From Ginkgo biloba (lineage: Eukaryota; Plantae; Ginkgophyta), in assembly GCA_024626585.2 (NCBI GenBank), contig JANKJI020000004.1:59197474-59223046 (forward strand): a DNA stretch of 25,573 bases, given 5' to 3'. The notes under the pieces are model-generated. The model worked only from the letters and a program-made list of their open reading frames with translations, did not search any database and was not told where the DNA came from. The translations under genes and the position numbers were made by a program. Below are positions 22,115 to 25,573 of the stretch, in pieces (position 1 is the first letter of the stretch; every line of letters begins with the position of its first letter).

Positions 22115-24362
22115 NNNNNNNNNNNNNNNNNNNNNNNNNNNNNNNNNNNNNNNNNNNNNNNNNNNNNNNNNNNNNNNNNNNNNNNNNNNNNNNNNNNNNN
22201 NNNNNNNNNNNNNNATGATTCCTCTTAGCGGTGATATAAAATTTGCCATTATTTTTGTTTTCTCCTCAATATTTCTTTTAATACTTTTTATGAACTTTTG
22301 GGGGGATTTTATCTAGAACTTATGCCCCGTTGTGGTGCATTCAAGAATTCATTCAATACAGATTTTCATGCGCTTAGGTTTGTTTCTCCTATTTGAAGAT
22401 TATGCGGTCCAAGCCTTGTCTCCTTTATTGGAAGGTTTTCAAATAGTATGTTATAGTGGATATTTGATGGAAAGGGTGGTTTTTTTATAAGTGATTGAAA
22501 ATGTGGAGTTCTAAAGGAGGAGTTGGGGATAGTTCAAAGAAACAAAAAGGAAGATAGTGTTTGAGATTGAGGAGGTAGGTAAAGGAGAAGTGAGAGGTGG
22601 AAAAGTCCCCATATATAGTGATGGAAATCAACACTTTATGGGTAAATAAACTTAGGGTGGATTGGTAACCTTCTACATTATATAAAAATGATGGAAATTA
22701 CAAGCTTGTAGCATTGTGTTGCTCTTATGCGAATGTGTACTCTATTGACACAGTAACCTGGCTAAATGATTAATAGAAAAAATCTAGTGTTTAAAGTGGT
22801 CATGTAAAAATGTATTTGTAAATGACTATTGGGTTGGAAATAGAGTGTTATCAAAGTTTGTGTAAACAAACTAAGATGACAATAATAAATTGTGAGGTGG
22901 TAATAAAAGATTACAAGATGAGTTTATGATGTTTTAGAGAAGGTAAAAGCAAGCAATATATTACTTTGTTCTAGTTGTGGCTAATTTGTTATATTGTAGA
23001 TTATAGAAGGGTAAACACGATTGCAGGTTAAATTATTTGTTAGCACTTTATGGGAAATGGATAAAAGAACAATTGTTTGTGATTGTCCATTATGAGAAAG
23101 ATGTTGTCGTGCCCTGACCTCATTCAAGTAGAATTTAATAACTAAGCAATCATAATCTATAAAATTTAGTGAAATAAAGATTGGAAAAAAGATATGGATC
23201 TAATTTTCATGTGGTAAAACAAACCATTATGTCCTATTTTATGGATTAAAGAATTAGAGATTTATTTCATATGTATAGAATTATGGAGGAAATCTACGTG
23301 TACTATTTTTGTGGAAATTAATTCATATGTGCATGCAAAATCGTAAACACATTAGAGGATTGTTTTCACCTTGTGTTTTGTCAAAGTTGGACTTGAAAAT
23401 ATGTTTCTTGGCAACCTAGGAGCAACTTGCACAACTAGTTCCATGGTATTTGGATATAAAGAGTGGGTTCATAATTTTTTTGTAGAGATTTCTATTGAAT
23501 AAGTCCATTTAGTAGTTAATTTGAAAGAACTTTGTATAAAGTAATTTTATGAAGGTGTTTAACTTTTATTTATCACGGCATAGTAACTAAGTCATTTTCT
23601 AGAACACATGATTAGTAAGCTAGATCTTAATAGTATTGTGAAGTTCAAGGTGGTTGTTAATGTGGAAATTGATGGGGAATGTTTGAGTAGGGAGACATTA
23701 ACTTGTTTACNNNNNNNNNNNNNNNNNNNNNNNNNNNNNNNNNNNNNNNNNNNNNNNNNNNNNNNNNNNNNNNNNNNNNNNNNNNNNNNNNNNNNNNNNN
23801 NNNNNNNNNNAATTAACACACACCCTGAATACATGTCATTCTAAAAAAATCTCATCTTCTTCCCTCTCACATAATAAAGATATAATAAATGTTTGAGCAC
23901 TACTAGGCACAAGCACATAAAACTCAAAAGATTCCCTAAAATATTTTAATGTATAAAAATACAAAACAAACTCCATATGGTAATGACAACAACAACTGTC
24001 TCAAGTAGTGTTTTTCTTGACATATCATGGATTTAATTTCTCAAACATTTGATGTAAATATTCACATTGAGATAAGCCTCCTGAAACCTATAAAATAATG
24101 CAGCATGTGTCATATCTAAGAAATATATTTTATATTCTTCATGGTTCCCTCCTATAATTATTCATGTCAAAATATATCTCCTATTGAAAGAAATATGTGA
24201 ATTATCCTCCCAAAATTATGTAGCAATACTATTGACATCCTCTAAAATCCTGTCACTATGAGCATGTCTCCAAATAATCACCCAAAATGTATCATGATCA
24301 TTCTCNNNNNNNNNNNNNNNNNNNNNNNNNNNNNNNNNNNNNNNNNNNNNNNNNNNNNNNNN

Positions 24363-25573
24363 GATGGGTCACCACCCTCCAAACTCGACTGCAGGATCTT
24401 TTTCACCCAACGTAAAAAACCACCCACATTAACACACCAGATTCACACTTGCAAAAAATAGAATTAAGAATACAACTGAATAGCTAGAATGCATGCAACC
24501 ATAAAGGAATAGATGGACAAAGGAATTTTGAACTGGAGAAACCCTCTAGGGGAATAAAACTCCAGGTATATTCAACAAACATACACTAGGACAATGCCCT
24601 TACATACACACAGCCATCTGGCCTGGTTAAATTTGGCTCATGGCCTATCAGGTTGCCTACCAACAATACAGTACAACCTCATGGCTTCACCACTCTCACT
24701 TGGATAAGATAAGAATGCGAATTCCATAGTGCAATATCACCAAAATGGCTTCCTCACTCTCTGAAATAGCCGTACTCTGCGCACTGCCCTTCGAATCCTT
24801 TCTCCATAGTTAATTTGGTGGAGTTTTTCATTCGCCTGATCATGTTCGGCTCCATAATTTGGTTTTCTGCTCATCGATCGCTGAAACTTCCATTAAAAAA
24901 TCACTATTTTAGCCTTCCCCTGTTCGATCTACAAATCGACAACACTTCGTTGTTATTTTCTCTCCCTCTCCAGTGATTTCTTATTGGTTCTATTTATAAG
25001 ATGAGATCCAATAGATTCTCCTATTCTTGTGCACAACAACTTTTCCCACCTCAATGACACTATTAAGTGAGCATTAATTCTGTAATGACTCCCGTATTTA
25101 ATGTTTGTAATGTTCATCAAAGTGATTCCTCACTAGCTATCTTCACCTTGTCTGGCTTCGTGGTTTACTTCACCGATGTAAGACATCCTTGCCCTATCGA
25201 TCATTATAATCTGGCTCACTAATGTGAGTTGACCCAACCCTCTATCGGTCTACCTTTTCCAGCCTTTAGTTCTCGCCTTCTGTCAGTTTTCCCCCATCCG
25301 ACGTGGTCTATCAATTTTCACCTATGATGTATGTTGATTTACTTCTCCACCGACGTCATCGATTTTCCTTCGGCTGATGCTCATCGGTTGTTTCCATCGA
25401 CGACGTCTGTTTACCTTTTACTGATGGATGTTGAGTTCTTCCTCCATCGACGAAGTTAGTTTTCTCCCTTTCGACGTGCCCTGCTTATTTTGCCTTTATC
25501 GACAAGGTTGATTCTCCCATTGGTGCCACCCTCCATCGACGCTCGTCGATTTTACTCTTCTTCGATGCTCATC
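24363..25573 (-). mobile_element. Probable LTR of a relatively young retrotransposon, continuing past the window edge
   Basis: CpG-rich relative to its surroundings; minus-strand TATA (CTTATAAATAG, ~24990-25000) downstream of a degenerate sub-repeat array (25170-25573); R/U5-like segment gagaaaccctctaggggaataaaactcc. Termini not seen. Confidence 0.5.

Noticed and set aside
21909-22316. 135-aa ORF with ERERER tract
   Set aside because: Chance frame through LINE antisense, the microsatellite and a gap; the real coding frame is the SSI exon starting at 22066.
22730-23340. Ulp1-like protease remnant (YSIDTVTWLND)
   Set aside because: Only a four-residue motif followed by stops; no clear catalytic His/Asp/Cys motifs.
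25170-25573. CRISPR-like repeat-spacer array
   Set aside because: Repeats are short and degenerate, the spacers are similar low-complexity sequence, there are no cas genes, and the context is a eukaryotic intron.
22215-25573. Following SSI exon ([21 protein letters not shown])
   Set aside because: Not found by reading; presumably beyond the window or in a gap. The preceding ...HNLAHQ exon was likewise not found in 1-7059.

Overview
AT-rich, CpG-depleted land-plant nuclear DNA from a gapped scaffold; the repeat content and intron size suggest a large-genome fern or gymnosperm (inference). The whole window lies inside one + strand gene, soluble starch synthase I (SSI/SS1, GT5 family). Five compact exons (7077-8015; 174/82/92/63/90 bp, GT-AG introns) are followed by a ~14-kb intron and the start of the next exon at 22066 (VMLGSGD...), which runs into a gap. 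The neighbouring exons are not visible, so the flanking introns may also be multi-kb. The introns are filled with decayed retroelements: five Ty3/Gypsy pieces (+), three pieces of one LINE family (-), an L1-type zf-RVT fragment (+) split by a young ~940-bp poly(A)-tailed insert with a perfect 16-bp TSD, a 218-bp LTR with a tRNA-Met PBS inserted into a LINE, a probable LTR at the right edge, and two old tandem duplications. I found no convincing new multi-gene system. The most notable items are the giant intron, the multi-level nesting, the non-coding TSD-flanked retro-insert and two atypical splice acceptors.
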